Source: an uncultured Fibrobacterota bacterium (GTDB lineage Bacteria > Fibrobacterota > Chitinivibrionia > Chitinivibrionales > WJKA01). From it: a DNA stretch of 64,000 nt. The position numbers were made by a program, and so were the translations under genes. Shown one piece after another: positions 46,965-56,079 of this stretch (the stretch's first letter is position 1; each line of letters begins with the position of its first letter). Where the stretch lies: positions 46,018 through 110,017 of the forward strand of contig CAZPUS010000005.1 in NCBI GenBank assembly GCA_964589825.1. Reading direction: 5' to 3'. The notes beneath the pieces are model-generated. The model was not told the DNA's origin. It searched no databases and saw only the letters and a program-made list of their open reading frames with translations.

Positions 46965-48032
46965 CTATTTTTGTTTGGAGTCTTCCATGATCGTGTTGAG
47001 ATCGAAATCGGACATCGAAGCGCTGTCTTCTGCACTCATCTCCATATCGTCCGACATACCGGTAGGCAGATCACTCACATCCATAGTGTCCGCTTCCTTT
47101 TTTTTAACTGTGTCTTCACGTGTAAGTGTGGCGATTTCATCGGGCAGACCGGCCGGTTCGAATACCGCTTTGTTTTCAGCGGCGCTCTCACCCTTGTTGA
47201 TGATATCGATGCGATTCTGGATCCGTTCACGCTTGAGCGCATCATCGACATACGAAATGGCATTGGTATACACATCGAGCGCCTCGTCGGTCTTTTCCAT
47301 GTTTTCGAGTACCATTCCGAGACGGTAATAAAACTCCGCCTCATCGGGACGGATATCGATCGCCCGGCGGTATTGCGCCGCCGCTTTTTCCAGCTCTTCG
47401 TAGTGTTCCCAGTAGATATTACCGAGTTTGTAGTATGCAACTGCATTTTGTGCATCGTAGTTGAGCGCCTGTTCGAGATACTGCTTCGCGTATTTGGGCC
47501 TGTCCTGCTGCTGCATGAGTTCGGCCAGATCCATAAGCACCGTAATGTTTCCCGGATCGATTTGCAGGATATCCTTGAGCTGGCGAATTGCCTGACTGAT
47601 TCGTCCCTGCTCTTCGTAGACTGCCGCCATGTTGATACGCGCGGTCATTTTTTCCGGATTGAGCCGGATCGCTCTCGAAAAGGCATTGATCGCCTTCTGT
47701 GTGTAGCCGACTTGTTTATACGCTACACCGAGATTGCTCCATACCTCCGCATTACGGGGGCGTATACCCGCCGCCTGTTCGAACTGATGTAACGCGTCGG
47801 ATGAATTCCCCATGCTCAGATAGGCGAGACCGAGGTTGAACCGGGCCTCGAAGTTACCGGGCATACGCGACACAACTTTTTTGAGCCGTACCGCTGCCTG
47901 CTGATATGCCCCGTTGTTGAGAAGGTTACGTCCTTCCTGCATGAGTTCGTCGATTGTACGTGCCTGCACCAGGGTACACAGACCGAATAGAGCAGTCAGG
48001 CACAGCAATGTGGATATATACTTGCGATTCAT
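46965..48032 (-). CDS. secreted tetratricopeptide-repeat protein
   Basis: 355 aa. A signal peptide, then >=7 TPR units (..GAYQQAAVRLKKVV.., ..EARFNLGLAYLSMGN.. and others), and an acidic C-terminal tail. Confidence 0.85.
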   Translation of the reverse strand: MNRKYISTLLCLTALFGLCTLVQARTIDELMQEGRNLLNNGAYQQAAVRLKKVVSRMPGNFEARFNLGLAYLSMGNSSDALHQFEQAAGIRPRNAEVWSNLGVAYKQVGYTQKAINAFSRAIRLNPEKMTARINMAAVYEEQGRISQAIRQLKDILQIDPGNITVLMDLAELMQQQDRPKYAKQYLEQALNYDAQNAVAYYKLGNIYWEHYEELEKAAAQYRRAIDIRPDEAEFYYRLGMVLENMEKTDEALDVYTNAISYVDDALKRERIQNRIDIINKGESAAENKAVFEPAGLPDEIATLTREDTVKKKEADTMDVSDLPTGMSDDMEMSAEDSASMSDFDLNTIMEDSKQK

Positions 48033-48267
48033 ACAACACTCCTTATATTATAAAAAAAACGTGTCTTTTATCCAATATAAAATTATCACAATACAATAGC
48101 AAGTATTATTTTAATTTCGCGTAAACCCGAACCGAGCGATTTTGTGTGCGAAATCCGTCGCCATTCGCACTGCAAGTGCATTCCCGCAAATAATGAGGTC
48201 GCCGTAAGTGTTGCTCCATCATCTTCGGGAACGCAATAAACGTACGACTCGTCGCATCTTTCGCCCA

Positions 48268-48306
48268 CACAATCGCGCCGCGTTTTTCCGGCGGAAGTGT
48301 TTTTTT
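48268..48306 (+). terminator. intrinsic terminator inside the purB 5' leader (candidate attenuator)
   Basis: CACAATCGCGCCG-cgtttttc-CGGCGGAAGTG (about 10 pairs with an internal loop and a bulge) followed immediately by TTTTTTT. It ends 47 nt upstream of the purB ATG. Confidence 0.6.
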
Positions 48307-48353
48307 GCCCGTATGACATCCGAACCAAAATATAAATCAAAAGGATAACATCT

Positions 48354-49808
48354 ATGACTCCACAACCCGACGCGACCCGCAGCTCCTACAGCAACCCGCT
48401 GATTCAGCGGTATACCAGTACGCATATGAGCTCGATTTTTTCAGACAAGTTCAAGTTCTCTACATGGCGGAAGCTGTGGGTTGCGCTTGCACAGGCGCAA
48501 AGAGAGCTGGGGATACCCATCACTGCCGAACAGATCGAAGAGATGGAGCATCATACCGATGATATCGATTTCGAAGTTGCCGCTGCATACGAGCGTGAAA
48601 CCCGGCATGATGTCATGGCACACGTAAAGGAGTTCGGAGATAAATGTCCCAGGGCTCGTGGTATTATACACCTCGGGGCCACAAGCGCATTCGTGGGGGA
48701 TAACACTGATCTGATCCAGATACGCGACGCCTCGAAGCTGGTGCTGCAACGGCTTGCACAATGCATCGAGACGCTTTCGCACTTCGCACGGACGCATGCG
48801 CACCTTCCTACTCTCGGTTTCACGCATTTTCAGCCGGCGCAGCTGACCACGGTGGGCAAACGCGCTGCACTGTGGCTCTATGATCTCATGTGTGACTACG
48901 AGCAACTAATCGAGTTTCACGAGTCGCTCAAGTTTCGTGGTGTTAAGGGAACTACCGGAACGCAGGCGAGCTTTCTCAAGCTTTTTGACGGTGATTACGA
49001 AAAAGTGAAAAAACTCGATCATATGGTTGCCCGGCAGATGGGATTCGATGATGTGCTGCCCGTATGCGGGCAGACCTATACCCGCAAGATCGATGCGCAA
49101 CTGGCTGCGATTCTCAGCCTTATTGCACAGAGCATGCACAAGCTGGCAAACGACATCCGCCTTCTGCAGCATCTCAAGGAGGTAGAGGAGCCTTTCGGCT
49201 CATCGCAGATCGGCTCTTCTGCAATGGCATACAAGCGAAACCCCATGCGTTCCGAGCGCATGACCGCGCTTGCCAGGTATGTCATTACAAGCGCCCAGTC
49301 TCCGGCACAGACCGCGGCGGAGCAGTGGTTCGAGCGTACACTCGACGATTCCGCGAATAAGCGCATTTCTATTGCCCAGATGTGTTGTGCCACCGATGCC
49401 ATCTGCATAATCTGTCAGGATATCGCTTCGGGGCTGCGGGTCTATCCGAAAATGATCGAACGGCGGATCATGCACAATCTGCCCTTTATGGCGACCGAAA
49501 ACATCCTGATGGAAGCGGTCCGGCGCGGCGGAGATCGTCAGCAGCTACACGAAAAGATCCGTATCTACTCACAGCAGGCTTCCGACGATGTCAAGCTTCA
49601 CGGCGCAGAGAACACGCTTATAGATAAAATTGCCGCAGACAGTGATTTTAATATGAGTGCCGAACAGATTCACGAACTGCTCGAAGTAAAGGCGTTTATC
49701 GGTGCGGCGCCAATGCAAACGGAGGAATTCCTTTCGGCGCAGGTAGCGCCGCTTCTGGAGCGCGCGCGAACATACGGCGATCCCCCGGAAGGGAAGGTGC
49801 GGGTATGA
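48354..49808 (+). CDS. purB: adenylosuccinate lyase
   Basis: 484 aa. Fumarate-lyase signature loop GSSAMAYKRNPMRSE and PurB-typical N-terminal YSNPLIQRY. Confidence 0.95.
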   Translation: MTPQPDATRSSYSNPLIQRYTSTHMSSIFSDKFKFSTWRKLWVALAQAQRELGIPITAEQIEEMEHHTDDIDFEVAAAYERETRHDVMAHVKEFGDKCPRARGIIHLGATSAFVGDNTDLIQIRDASKLVLQRLAQCIETLSHFARTHAHLPTLGFTHFQPAQLTTVGKRAALWLYDLMCDYEQLIEFHESLKFRGVKGTTGTQASFLKLFDGDYEKVKKLDHMVARQMGFDDVLPVCGQTYTRKIDAQLAAILSLIAQSMHKLANDIRLLQHLKEVEEPFGSSQIGSSAMAYKRNPMRSERMTALARYVITSAQSPAQTAAEQWFERTLDDSANKRISIAQMCCATDAICIICQDIASGLRVYPKMIERRIMHNLPFMATENILMEAVRRGGDRQQLHEKIRIYSQQASDDVKLHGAENTLIDKIAADSDFNMSAEQIHELLEVKAFIGAAPMQTEEFLSAQVAPLLERARTYGDPPEGKVRV

Positions 49809-49819
49809 ATTGTACCGTT

Positions 49820-51445
49820 TTAGTCGAGTGTGCGATAGATGTCACGCATAGTATCAATGTCGCGTTCTTTCACGGGCTGACGATGTCCATTCCACGTCTG
49901 TGCACGGGCCCAGGTCGACTCGACCATTATTTCGGTGTATGAGCGCTGGCGTATACGTGCGAGTTTATCCCGAATAGTGTTGTCTTTCGTATCGAAGTCC
50001 AAGTCACAGAGGCGTTCCACTCGAGTTGTCTTATCTTTTTTTACGGGTACGGTAACGCAGATCCATGCATTGGTGCCACTTTTTTCAGAAGTGATGTTCT
50101 GCTGATCCTGCGAACGTACGAGGCATCCGCACTGGATGGGCCGGGCATCATTCTTTGTGGCGGCGGTAAGTATAACCGCATCGTTATCGATGGCCTGTGT
50201 TGCGGTGACCGTATATCCGGGCTGTTCCGAATGCGGGGTGATGCCCGCACAAAGCGTTACGGCAGTATCCTCTCCCGTGCCGTCGAGTGCATACTCTGTT
50301 GCAACCAGATACGGGACATCATGTGACACAATGCTTCGTTGCACGAGCACCAGTTCGTTGTTGTCGGGAGTGACCAGATGCCAGCGTGCACAGAAGAGTC
50401 CCGAGCGCGTGTCGATACGACGTGAAAAATCACGTACCGATTTTTCTCCCAGCTCGAGTGTTTTCCCCTTCACTATCAGCGAGAGAGCGAGGAAATCGGG
50501 GCAGGCACGCACGTGTTCGTCCTGTGTGCGTGCATGAATCCGTTCCTCACATAAAAGGGCATATTGAGATTTTTCCGGCTCGGATACGGTATCGAGAAAC
50601 CGATCGACATATATCGTGGTTTGTCCCGGTGTATGCGTCCGGGCATTTTCATGGCTCACGGCCGTGGATGGCATATGCGCGCCCGAGCCGGCAATGACCA
50701 TTCTGCTGTTACCAAAATGAAGCTCACTCTCTTCTTCTTCCGCTGAATCGCGCAGCCACCAAAGCTGGGAGGTAAATTCCCGATGTGTCTGTGTCAGGCT
50801 TTGCGCGTCGATCTGTGTGAGCGATTCTATATGCAGATGCGCATGCTTGAGCGCCTCGAATCCGCCGAGTCCGACTGCCACGAATCCGCCGTGCAGTGCG
50901 GCGGTAATTCCCGCCTGGGCATCTTCGACCACGATGCATTCGTGAGGCTTGAGTCCCATCATTTCAGCCGCTTTACAGAATACCTGCGGGTGGGGCTTGC
51001 CGTGTGTGTGGGAAAAACCGTCGGAGATCGCATCGAAGCGGTCTGAAATTCCGAGAAGTTCGAGTACCGGTCTGGTGTTTTTACTAGCAGAGCCGATCGC
51101 CATTTTAATCCCGGCGTTCTTGAGATCGTCAAAGAGTGCCGATGCGCCTTCGTAGAGGTCCTCTTTTGTCAAACTCTGAATTGCATTTTTATACGCTTCG
51201 TTCTTTTTGTTCGCGAGTTCGATAAGTTCTTCTTCGCTGAAGTGTTGTGCATTTTCCCCAAGCGCGACCTTGAGTGACTCCAGGCGCGGTATGCCGCGTA
51301 CCTTGTCGATAAGGTTGTCGACCGGTTCGTAGCCCGCGCTTCGCACCAGTTCTTCCCACGCCTTTGCGTGAAATACCGATGTGTCGACGAGCACCCCGTC
51401 AAGATCGAAGATAACGGCGCGTAATGGATCGGTTTGCAGTGTCAT
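49820..51445 (-). CDS. beta-phosphoglucomutase (HAD) fused to a glycoside-hydrolase-family-65 N-terminal-like domain
   Basis: 541 aa. Residues 1-~215 are beta-PGM (IFDLDGVLVDT, GSASKN, VVEDAQAGI). The remainder follows the GH65 N-domain pattern (..PDFLALSLIVKGKTLELGEKSVRDFSRRIDTRSGLF.. and ..SYTEIMVESTWARAQTW..) and stops where the catalytic (alpha/alpha)6 domain would begin. Confidence 0.8.
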   Translation of the reverse strand: MTLQTDPLRAVIFDLDGVLVDTSVFHAKAWEELVRSAGYEPVDNLIDKVRGIPRLESLKVALGENAQHFSEEELIELANKKNEAYKNAIQSLTKEDLYEGASALFDDLKNAGIKMAIGSASKNTRPVLELLGISDRFDAISDGFSHTHGKPHPQVFCKAAEMMGLKPHECIVVEDAQAGITAALHGGFVAVGLGGFEALKHAHLHIESLTQIDAQSLTQTHREFTSQLWWLRDSAEEEESELHFGNSRMVIAGSGAHMPSTAVSHENARTHTPGQTTIYVDRFLDTVSEPEKSQYALLCEERIHARTQDEHVRACPDFLALSLIVKGKTLELGEKSVRDFSRRIDTRSGLFCARWHLVTPDNNELVLVQRSIVSHDVPYLVATEYALDGTGEDTAVTLCAGITPHSEQPGYTVTATQAIDNDAVILTAATKNDARPIQCGCLVRSQDQQNITSEKSGTNAWICVTVPVKKDKTTRVERLCDLDFDTKDNTIRDKLARIRQRSYTEIMVESTWARAQTWNGHRQPVKERDIDTMRDIYRTLD

Positions 51446-51894
51446 CGCCAGACCTCCCTCTCGTATAAAGTGGTTCGTGAAAACGAATCTTTTACATGAT
51501 TAAATAACGTGAATGCGAAAGTGACAAAAAATACATTGTTTGCGCATCATACGCGTAATAAAGGCAGAGGCTGCCGCAAATCTCTCTCATTCGATTTCGG
51601 TTGGCACAAAAGCGCACATTCATGCGAGTTTAAAATAAAATCAGTAAGAAATTGGCAAAAAACCGAACAAAAAATTATATTTACCGCATACTGGTGATTT
51701 TCTACGTATTTACGGATAGATTTTTTCTTTCGTACAATCCCCATCAAATACAATATTATATACAGTGGTTTTTTATGAAAGTACAGAATATTGCTGCGCA
51801 CAAAAAATACCACATTATTTAACGGTTTAAATTGTAAAAAAAAACAAACCAATCGCAAATCGAAAAAATCTGTTTTATACCACAAGGAGTGATT

Positions 51895-53172
51895 ATGTAC
51901 ACATTTCGTACGCTGGGAAGAGTGGTGACGGGAATCGGAGTAGGGATGGCATTGCTGCTGGGTGCCTGTGAATATCCATTGGATCCGGGGCCGGATCCGG
52001 AAAAAGCAGAGCAGGAGATACAAAGCGGTATTTACAATAAGTACTGGGGCATAAACGGCGGCATTCAGATATGCAATCCTTCGGCGGGACTTGAAGGCAG
52101 GTTTTCCCATTGTATGGCCTGGCTCAACCTGGGTGATATTGATGTGGACAAGCCGGGGTTCGAGGCCGGGTACGAACATGACCGGGTGATCGTATCGAAT
52201 AAAGATAACGGCGTCGAGTGGTTTCTTCTTGCGGATGTCTTTAAAAAATCGCTTTCCGATCCGCCGGTTAATCTGAACAACCCCCAGATTCAGGATCCGG
52301 AATGGGGGATGCACCCGCTGAAGTCCGGTACCGGCTGGCGCGCAGACTCCGCGACCGGCTACCTCGCGATTCTGGTACAGGACGTTGGCGACAAATGGGA
52401 CGGCTATATTGTCCGTATGGCGGACAAAAAGATTCTGCGCTTTGCCAACAACCAGTTCGTGGGCAACGAAACCCCGCATGTCTGGATGAAGACACCTCCT
52501 CAGGTCGCCTATGATGAGGATGCGACCGCGCAGATTGACGAGACGAATTCGGTGTCTGATGAGTACGGGGCGACCGGCTGGCTCGAGGATACCGCAAAAG
52601 TGCGCGCATTTTTCGGCACAAAGGATGTAAAGATCGTATGGTCGAAACAGGAGAAAATGCACTTTATCGATTATTCCGCACAAGCCACGGTAACTTCATG
52701 CAATGAAACATCTCCCCTGGAAGGGTATTACTTCGACAGCCCGCTTATTTCACCCGACGGGGAATGGATCGCCTACAACCTTACAGACGGAAAAGACTGC
52801 AGAGCGTATGTACGGCCCCTGGCAGCGGATGGAAGGGCGATTCTTGCCGACCGTCCCGATTCGGTTACCGCGGACCCTCACTGGTATTACGACACCCTCA
52901 ACAGTACCTATAGTCTTGTCTATATATTCGGGGCAGAGAAAAAAGGACCCTACGATATTCACTGGAAAGTGAAGGATTTTTATAAAAACGGCAGCACGGT
53001 AGCCAAAGGAATCGGTCCCGCAATACCCGCACAGGGTAACTTGCTGCAGTCGGAGTTTTTTGCCACCGGTGCAACGTCAACGTTGATCGGACTTCCCTTT
53101 GCAGGTGGAGTGAACCTCGACGAGCTTGTGTGTACCGGGTATCGTTTTGCCTATATCGCCGAAGCGCTGTAA
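51895..53172 (+). CDS. lipoprotein of unknown function (possible beta-propeller/PD40-like segment)
   Basis: ATG at 51895 with AAGGAG 5 nt upstream. Lipobox LLLGAC. Segment SPLISPDGEWIAYNLTDG resembles a PD40/TolB-type blade. No family assigned. Confidence 0.7.
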   Translation: MYTFRTLGRVVTGIGVGMALLLGACEYPLDPGPDPEKAEQEIQSGIYNKYWGINGGIQICNPSAGLEGRFSHCMAWLNLGDIDVDKPGFEAGYEHDRVIVSNKDNGVEWFLLADVFKKSLSDPPVNLNNPQIQDPEWGMHPLKSGTGWRADSATGYLAILVQDVGDKWDGYIVRMADKKILRFANNQFVGNETPHVWMKTPPQVAYDEDATAQIDETNSVSDEYGATGWLEDTAKVRAFFGTKDVKIVWSKQEKMHFIDYSAQATVTSCNETSPLEGYYFDSPLISPDGEWIAYNLTDGKDCRAYVRPLAADGRAILADRPDSVTADPHWYYDTLNSTYSLVYIFGAEKKGPYDIHWKVKDFYKNGSTVAKGIGPAIPAQGNLLQSEFFATGATSTLIGLPFAGGVNLDELVCTGYRFAYIAEAL

Positions 53173-53249
53173 CAGGCCTGTGAAAATCAAGGAATCTGAA
53201 TATAAAAAACATCGAATACTTTACACAGTTATTTAAAGGAAAAGTGGTT

Positions 53250-54500
53250 ATGCCAATACACAAAAATGCAACACGCACAATCGAGAAAGCGGGTGCAGCG
53301 GCGTTGATTGCAGCTGCAGTGGGCCTCTTTATTGCAGGGTTTGTCGGGGAAACCGGCTTTTTTGAAAAAAATACACGCACCGATACCGCAGCCCGCGTTG
53401 CGGATGTGTCTGCCGGGGTTGCACTTCCTGCAATGCCCTGGCGCAGTGTGGGAGGATGCGGTGCCGGCGGATCGGGCGGCGGCGGTGGCGGAATTAAATG
53501 GATAGGCGAAGGGGTACACGGGGGGCTCAAGGATATGCAGCTCAAGACCATGATAAAGATCGACAACGGACAGAACTTTCAGAATCACACGCTGGAGAAT
53601 CGCTTCAGCTTCAAGCCGCGCTACAGCACCACCGTGGGTCTGACACTGCCATATGTCTCAAAACACGGTTCGGTACAGCCGACTACCCTGGTGCCCGAAA
53701 AGTACCATCGTAGCGGCGGTACCGGCGATCTGACACTCGATGTGTCACAGGCGCTGGGGATGACCGGGCTCTATTCGTTTGCCTTTTCCCTCACAATGCC
53801 CACAGGACAGTACGATATTAAAAGAGGTGACGATAAGACCACGAAGATTCTGCCCAAGGGAATGCAGAAAGGCGGCGGAATTTACAATGTGAGCCTTAGC
53901 CTGAGCAGAACCATCGATACCGATGACGGGATGTGGATGCTCGACGCCTCGTTCAGTCACGGATTCAATATGAAGCCTGTGTCCGGTGAAAACGAATTTA
54001 TGGACGAGTATTTTGCCGACTATACGCACTACCAGGACAGCAGTGACGATGTCGAGGCCAAAGAGCATTTTTACTATCGATTCAAACCGTATGGAGAAAA
54101 CGATCTTGGCGATTATACACCACCGAGCGTGAGCGCGAGCGTCTATTTTGCCGACCGCAGCCATGAAAATTTCATGCAGTCTGGAGGGCTCAGTTTCAGT
54201 TTCCCGCTCGATGTCGCCAAGATCCACAGCGAAGATTATAACGGTGTTAATACACGATATCAGCCCAGGTACGATCCCGATCACCAGGCGTGGAGCCTCA
54301 CTTTCAGCTATGGCATCGAATTCAAAAACGGTGATTTTCCGGTTTTTCTCGGTGCGTCGTGCCCGCTGCATGATAAAGCCAATGCGCCTGAAAAAGACGA
54401 AGACGTGCAACTGTGGAAATTGTGGAATACGCCCGATCTGCAGGATTTTCCTCAGCAGCTGACGATCGCGGCGGGAATGAAAGTCGCGTTTTTTAAATAA
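53250..54500 (+). CDS. outer-membrane beta-barrel protein of unknown function
   Basis: ATG at 53250. N-terminal hydrophobic segment, a poly-Gly run (GGCGAGGSGGGGGG), then alternating beta-strand-like sequence ending ..IAAGMKVAFFK (aromatic C-terminus typical of OMPs). Confidence 0.62.
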   Translation: MPIHKNATRTIEKAGAAALIAAAVGLFIAGFVGETGFFEKNTRTDTAARVADVSAGVALPAMPWRSVGGCGAGGSGGGGGGIKWIGEGVHGGLKDMQLKTMIKIDNGQNFQNHTLENRFSFKPRYSTTVGLTLPYVSKHGSVQPTTLVPEKYHRSGGTGDLTLDVSQALGMTGLYSFAFSLTMPTGQYDIKRGDDKTTKILPKGMQKGGGIYNVSLSLSRTIDTDDGMWMLDASFSHGFNMKPVSGENEFMDEYFADYTHYQDSSDDVEAKEHFYYRFKPYGENDLGDYTPPSVSASVYFADRSHENFMQSGGLSFSFPLDVAKIHSEDYNGVNTRYQPRYDPDHQAWSLTFSYGIEFKNGDFPVFLGASCPLHDKANAPEKDEDVQLWKLWNTPDLQDFPQQLTIAAGMKVAFFK

Positions 54501-54546
54501 GTTGATCCTTACATTTGTATACATAAACCGGAAAAAGGAGAATAAA

Positions 54547-54960
54547 ATGAAACGTAGTATTTTAGCGGTATGCACAATGGCGGCCGGGTTGGCGCTGGCG
54601 GGTATGTGGGGTTGTGACGGCGGCAACGGCCCTGAATGCGAGCGTCCGAATGAATTGACGGTCGACACTCCCACTGAAAACGATACAGTGGCACTTGGAG
54701 AAAATATTACCGTAACCTGGCGCTATCCCGAGGACTGGACATTCGAGCAGCTTCGTATTTTCCTCTCACCCAACAGCGGACTGACCTTCCCGTTTCAGGA
54801 TAGTGCCGATTTTAATGGTAACTGCCGCCAGAGCTATGAGCTGACCATTCCGGACGATGCCTCATACGTGACCGAATTTCCCGCGATTGTAAAAATTACC
54901 GATTATGATCAAACTGTGTCAGCGAAATCGGAACAGTTTACTATTGTTGAATCAAAATAA
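54547..54960 (+). CDS. small lipoprotein of unknown function (Ig-like)
   Basis: Start at MKRSILAVCTMAAGLALAGMWGC (lipobox), preceded by AAAGGAG. 137 aa and beta-rich. Confidence 0.65.
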   Translation: MKRSILAVCTMAAGLALAGMWGCDGGNGPECERPNELTVDTPTENDTVALGENITVTWRYPEDWTFEQLRIFLSPNSGLTFPFQDSADFNGNCRQSYELTIPDDASYVTEFPAIVKITDYDQTVSAKSEQFTIVESK

Positions 54961-54962
54961 TC

Positions 54963-56078
54963 ATGCATCCGAATTCCTCACATACCATTTGTATACTCGG
55001 CTGCGGTGGCTTTATCGGCTCGCATCTGCTGGAGCGGTTGCTGCAGCATACCTCGTGGTATGTCTACGGCATAGACCGAAGCGATGCCAGGATTGCGCAT
55101 CTTCTTGGGCATGAGCGGCTCCATTTCGAGTGTATGGACGCCTCCTGCACCGATCGCGTTCGTCCCTTTATTGAAAAAAGCGACGCGGTGGTATCTCTTA
55201 TCGCACTCTGCAATCCGTCCCTGTACAATACGGTGGCACGTGAGGTTATCGATGCGAATTTTCTGCAGCCCTACGAGATCGTGAAACTGTGCGAGCGCAC
55301 GAATACCTGGCTGGTGCATTTTTCCACCAGCGAGGTCTACGGGAAAACGCCTGCAGCGCTCGGTGTGGCTGCAGGAAGCGAGCCGCAGCGGGAGCATGAC
55401 GAGGGTCTTTTGCACGAGGAGCACTCGCCGTGTATCTACGGCAACGTGCAGGCGCAGCGCTGGAGTTATGCCTGCGCAAAACAGCTTCTCGAACGCACGA
55501 TCTATGCCATGGGAAAAGAGAGTGGGTTACCCTATACCGTGGTACGGCCGTTTAATTTCCTTGGTCCGCGCATGGATTATATCCCCGGTATCGACGGCGA
55601 GGGTATTCCGCGGGTCCTTGCCTGTTTTATGGAAGCGCTGCTGTTTCAAAAGCCCCTGCAGCTTGTCGACGGAGGGAAAAACCGCCGTGTGTTTACCTAT
55701 ATCGACGATGCGATCGATGCGGTGATGTGTATACTGCAGCGGCCGCAGCAGGCTATGGGAGAGATTTTCAATATCGGTCATCCGGATAACGAGGCGAGTA
55801 TCGAAGAGCTCGCCGATATGATGATCGAACTCTATAGCCGGCTTCGGCCGGAATATGCCGGGTATACGTTTACTAAAGAGTGGATAGATGCCGGGCGCTT
55901 CTATGGAGAAGGATACGAAGACTCCGACCAGCGTCGTCCCGATATTTCGAAAGCCCGCACCCGGCTGCAGTGGGAACCCCGGACTTCGCTGTACGATACG
56001 CTCTATTATACCATGGCGGCCTATATACGCCAGTATGCGGAATTCTGTGTACAGGGGAAAAAAAGTGCGGCGGTATGA
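54963..56078 (+). CDS. NAD-dependent UDP-sugar decarboxylase/dehydratase, ArnA C-terminal-domain-like
   Basis: 371 aa. GCGGFIGSHLLERLL Rossmann motif, FSTSEVYG, and the YACAKQL (YxxxK) catalytic motif. The overall block order resembles the ArnA decarboxylase domain / UDP-glucuronate decarboxylases. Confidence 0.82.
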   Translation: MHPNSSHTICILGCGGFIGSHLLERLLQHTSWYVYGIDRSDARIAHLLGHERLHFECMDASCTDRVRPFIEKSDAVVSLIALCNPSLYNTVAREVIDANFLQPYEIVKLCERTNTWLVHFSTSEVYGKTPAALGVAAGSEPQREHDEGLLHEEHSPCIYGNVQAQRWSYACAKQLLERTIYAMGKESGLPYTVVRPFNFLGPRMDYIPGIDGEGIPRVLACFMEALLFQKPLQLVDGGKNRRVFTYIDDAIDAVMCILQRPQQAMGEIFNIGHPDNEASIEELADMMIELYSRLRPEYAGYTFTKEWIDAGRFYGEGYEDSDQRRPDISKARTRLQWEPRTSLYDTLYYTMAAYIRQYAEFCVQGKKSAAV

Positions 56079-56079
56079 C

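Noticed and set aside
46935-47792. 285-aa plus-strand ORF
   Set aside because: It is antisense to the TPR protein gene. Its Phe/Ile/Arg-rich translation has no domain signal.
51547-52683. 378-aa minus-strand ORF
   Set aside because: It is antisense to the RBS-preceded lipoprotein gene and extends into an AT-rich promoter region. Its composition is not protein-like.
52898-54674. 222-aa and 309-aa minus-strand ORFs
   Set aside because: They are antisense to the lipoprotein and beta-barrel genes. The proline/arginine-rich translations are typical of reverse frames.
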